Shown here: in pieces, positions 32,977 through 35,428 of the stretch
Layout: the number at the start of each line of letters is the position of its first letter
Numbering within the stretch: position 1 is the stretch's first letter
Assembly (NCBI GenBank): GCA_964523855.1
Contig: CAZGAF010000001.1
Coordinates: 38,159 to 73,586, forward strand
Length of the DNA: 35,428 bases
Origin: an uncultured Candidatus Saccharibacteria bacterium
Lineage (GTDB): Bacteria; Patescibacteriota; Doudnabacteria; UBA920
Direction of reading: 5' to 3'
The notes under the pieces: generated by a model
The model's database searches: none
What the model was told of the DNA's origin: nothing
The model's input: the letters and a program-made list of their open reading frames with translations, nothing else
Position numbers and translations under genes: made by a program

Positions 32977-34167
32977 TTAAATTTCTTTATAATTTTTTAA
33001 CATTTCGTCAAAGAAATCGTAAGTTATAGCATTCCGAATTTTAGCCATTAAGTTTAAATAAAATTTTAAATTGTGCATTGTTGCAAAACGGGTGGCCAAA
33101 GGTTCTCCAGTAGCAAACAAATGTCTTAAGTAAGCCCGGGTGTGGTTTAAACACAAATAGCAGTCGCAAGTGTTGTCTATAGGCGTAAAGTCTTCTTTAT
33201 ATTTTTCTAAGCGGATGTCGATTGTCGAATAGCCTTCGACCTCACTCTGCGACCCACCTTTTTCATCTCCTTTTAAATTAGGAATTTGATACTTGGAATT
33301 TATATACAATCTTCCATGCCTTGCTTCTCGCGTCGGTATTACACAATCAAAGGTATCACACCCGCGTGCTACGCCCTGAATTATATCGAAGGGCGTGCCA
33401 ACTCCTAAAAGATGTTTAGGAGCATTCTCAGGCAAATGCGGAATCGCAGCCTCTACAGCCTTCATCATTTCTTCATGAGGTTCACCCACCGCAACTCCCC
33501 CAATCGCAAAACCTTCAAATCCCAAACTTACCATAGCCTTAGCAGATTTTTCGCGTAAGTCCGGAAAACTTGCGCCTTGCACTATGCCCCACAATTTTTG
33601 GCCCGGGTTTACAGGATCACCGTTCAAAACAATTTTTTGATGTTCCCTAATAGCCCTTTCAGCCCAACGGTTAGTAAGTTCTATCGACTCCACGCTTCGC
33701 TCATAGGTAAAAGGGTAGCCCGGGAAATCGTCTAAGATAAGACACACGTCACTACCTAAATTTGCTTGAATGTCTACGCTTTTTTCAGGACTCAATATTT
33801 CCTGTCTACCATCTAAATCAAACTGAAAAAGCACTCCTACCTCCATAACCTTTCGCATTTTGGCTAGTGAATAAACTTGAAAGCCGCCACTGTCGGTAAA
33901 AATCGGACCTTTCCAATTCATAAACTTATGTAAGCCTCCGGCTTTATATATAAGAGCATCGCCAGGCCTTTGCCACAAATGATACGTATTAGCCAGTATC
34001 ATATCGGCTCCCCAAAATTTAAGCTCTTCTGCAGTTACAGTCTTAACTGCGCCTTTGGTACCAATTGGCAAAAACGTAGGAGTTTTCACGTCTCCATGAA
34101 CGGTATGAATTATGCCAGTTCGAGCTTTACTAGACTGGTCTGATTTTGTAATTTCAAAATATTGCAT
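32977..34167 (-). CDS. tgt: tRNA-guanine transglycosylase (queuine tRNA-ribosyltransferase)
   Basis: 396 aa; TDSGGFQV, GGVAVGE and the zinc site CDCYLC...H. Confidence 0.95.
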   Translation of the reverse strand: MQYFEITKSDQSSKARTGIIHTVHGDVKTPTFLPIGTKGAVKTVTAEELKFWGADMILANTYHLWQRPGDALIYKAGGLHKFMNWKGPIFTDSGGFQVYSLAKMRKVMEVGVLFQFDLDGRQEILSPEKSVDIQANLGSDVCLILDDFPGYPFTYERSVESIELTNRWAERAIREHQKIVLNGDPVNPGQKLWGIVQGASFPDLREKSAKAMVSLGFEGFAIGGVAVGEPHEEMMKAVEAAIPHLPENAPKHLLGVGTPFDIIQGVARGCDTFDCVIPTREARHGRLYINSKYQIPNLKGDEKGGSQSEVEGYSTIDIRLEKYKEDFTPIDNTCDCYLCLNHTRAYLRHLFATGEPLATRFATMHNLKFYLNLMAKIRNAITYDFFDEMLKNYKEI

Positions 34168-34228
34168 ACTATATAAACGAACACTATCTTAATTTTTTCC
34201 ACACTTAACCAGTACTTTACCGTATTAT

Positions 34229-34273
34229 ACAAAACAGCGTTGCAAAATGCCATATGGCCCCGCAACGCTGTTT
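34229..34273 (-). terminator. intrinsic terminator after the 112-aa ORF
   Basis: Perfect 12-bp arms AAACAGCGTTGC / GCAACGCTGTTT with an 18-nt loop. A T-run follows on the minus strand. Confidence 0.7.
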
Positions 34274-34276
34274 AAT

Positions 34277-34615
34277 TTATTGTACTTTATCTTCCGGAAT
34301 AATTTGCCGAACTTCTTCCAAAGCCTCTTTCGGATCTCCGCTGTGCCTAATATGATCCACAATTTCTTGTCTTATTCTTATTTCTCTTTCAACTCTGTCA
34401 ATAGCCTGCTCAGGCGTCTCTCCCGCTATTCTAATTTCCCTAGCCAAAACAATTTTAGAATGTTCAGGTAACTGATTAAAGAGTTCACGAAGCCTGTTTT
34501 GTAATTCAATTTGAATGGTTCCCTTTTTTTCGTGAAACCTATGCTCTCCAGTTTTTCCCCTAAGAGAGCTAGGCACGGTCTCAGAATGCCCAAACCTTTC
34601 TGTATTATTTTGCAT
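34277..34615 (-). CDS. hypothetical protein (112 aa, charged/helical)
   Basis: ORF with a terminator; no recognisable motif. Confidence 0.5.
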   Translation of the reverse strand: MQNNTERFGHSETVPSSLRGKTGEHRFHEKKGTIQIELQNRLRELFNQLPEHSKIVLAREIRIAGETPEQAIDRVEREIRIRQEIVDHIRHSGDPKEALEEVRQIIPEDKVQ

Positions 34616-34658
34616 AAATTTTATTTACTTACAAATTAATTGTTCTTCTTTTGCCCTG

Positions 34659-35390
34659 CTAAATATTTAGCTTTCTTTTTTCATCCTCCGTCTTGTACTT
34701 TGGCTTTCTGCCCTTGTTTCTATAAGTTGAATGACCATTTTCTTCATTTGTTCTTTTTATAGAAGCGTCGGTATCATACCTTCGCCTATGAGCCAGATGA
34801 CCAGTCTTACTAGATTGTTGTTTATTTTTTAAAGCTAAAATTTGTCCGGGTGTTAGTTTTTTTTGCGCTCTCATTTCCTCGACTGGGTCAGGCTTAACAT
34901 CACTCCAATCAAACAAACGAGCAGCTTCCTTTAACTGATCCACATCTTTTTCTTGAGTAGTTAACAACGCTGTCTCATCTTCAAAAACATGCGGAACTTC
35001 TTCGTATTGCGGCTGTGAACTACTTAGCTGCTTTGCCGGTATTTGCTGAGCTGATCTTGATTTAATTAATTCCAACCTTCCGTTTTCCTTTTTTATTCCG
35101 GTAGCGCTCATGCGAGAAATGTCTATAAGCGCAAATGCCTGAAAAGACAACCGAGACTTCCTGTCAACGAACAAATGATTAAAAATTTCGTCCAATAGAC
35201 TCTTTTTAATTTCTGGCGATATTGGGTAGTCAAGCTTTGCCTTTTCTTTCAGTAAAACTTTTATATATTCATCTGGTTTTTCTAAATATATTCCTATGCG
35301 CTCATAATTAAATAATGAGCGACTTATTTCTAGCGAAATTTCCTTTAAGCTTTCTAAATCCTCTAAAGTCAAATCTTTTGGCACTGCCAA
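34659..35390 (-). CDS. hypothetical protein (243 aa, basic C-terminus)
   Basis: ORF with an apparent TTG start near the window edge; no recognisable motif. Confidence 0.5.
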   Translation of the reverse strand: MAVPKDLTLEDLESLKEISLEISRSLFNYERIGIYLEKPDEYIKVLLKEKAKLDYPISPEIKKSLLDEIFNHLFVDRKSRLSFQAFALIDISRMSATGIKKENGRLELIKSRSAQQIPAKQLSSSQPQYEEVPHVFEDETALLTTQEKDVDQLKEAARLFDWSDVKPDPVEEMRAQKKLTPGQILALKNKQQSSKTGHLAHRRRYDTDASIKRTNEENGHSTYRNKGRKPKYKTEDEKRKLNI

Positions 35391-35428
35391 AACTTCTATG
35401 AAATTCTCTAAATCGGGACCAATGGTAA

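Noticed and set aside
1-35428. CRISPR arrays, transposases, integrases and rRNA genes.
   Set aside because: No array of 24-40-nt direct repeats with unique spacers was seen. The repeats present are 6-8-nt phased units or the three 50-nt hairpin elements. No ORF shows integrase, transposase or Cas motifs.

Overview
Gene-dense, low-GC bacterial chromosome segment. Almost all long genes are housekeeping genes on the minus strand: a broken-up str/S10 translation cluster (rpsL-rpsG-fusA ... tuf ... rpsJ), rpmB, csp, maf, parB, PAP2 phosphatase + uppP, glyA, tsaC/yrdC-like, leuS, tatD, metG, nfo, two Nudix hydrolases, M16 and M24 peptidases, glyQS, tgt, an MFS transporter and an AI-2E transporter. 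The gene content and style suggest a small-genome uncultivated (CPR/Patescibacteria-like) bacterium, but that is inference only. The housekeeping genes have no visible Shine-Dalgarno (SD) sequence. The unusual content is in the spacers. (1) A canonical tRNA-Pro(GGG) is nested, on a 22-bp helix, inside the anticodon loop of a second, paralogous tRNA-shaped gene (10611-10809). (2) Next to it is a G+C-richer islet (about 10810-13207) with three SD-led micro-ORFs, their own terminators, a promoter plus terminator/antiterminator leader, and about 470 nt of apparently structured non-coding RNA. (3) A DUF559 endonuclease gene is bracketed by three copies of a ~50-nt two-hairpin repeat whose second hairpin changes sequence but keeps pairing. 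(4) Several more G+C-rich, strongly SD-led orphan micro-ORF cassettes are wedged between housekeeping genes. (5) Phased degenerate 7-8-nt arrays sit in many 5' leaders. (6) A perfect 38-bp palindrome lies downstream of metG. No CRISPR array, integrase, transposase or rRNA was seen. All calls come from reading the sequence by eye; no searches were run.
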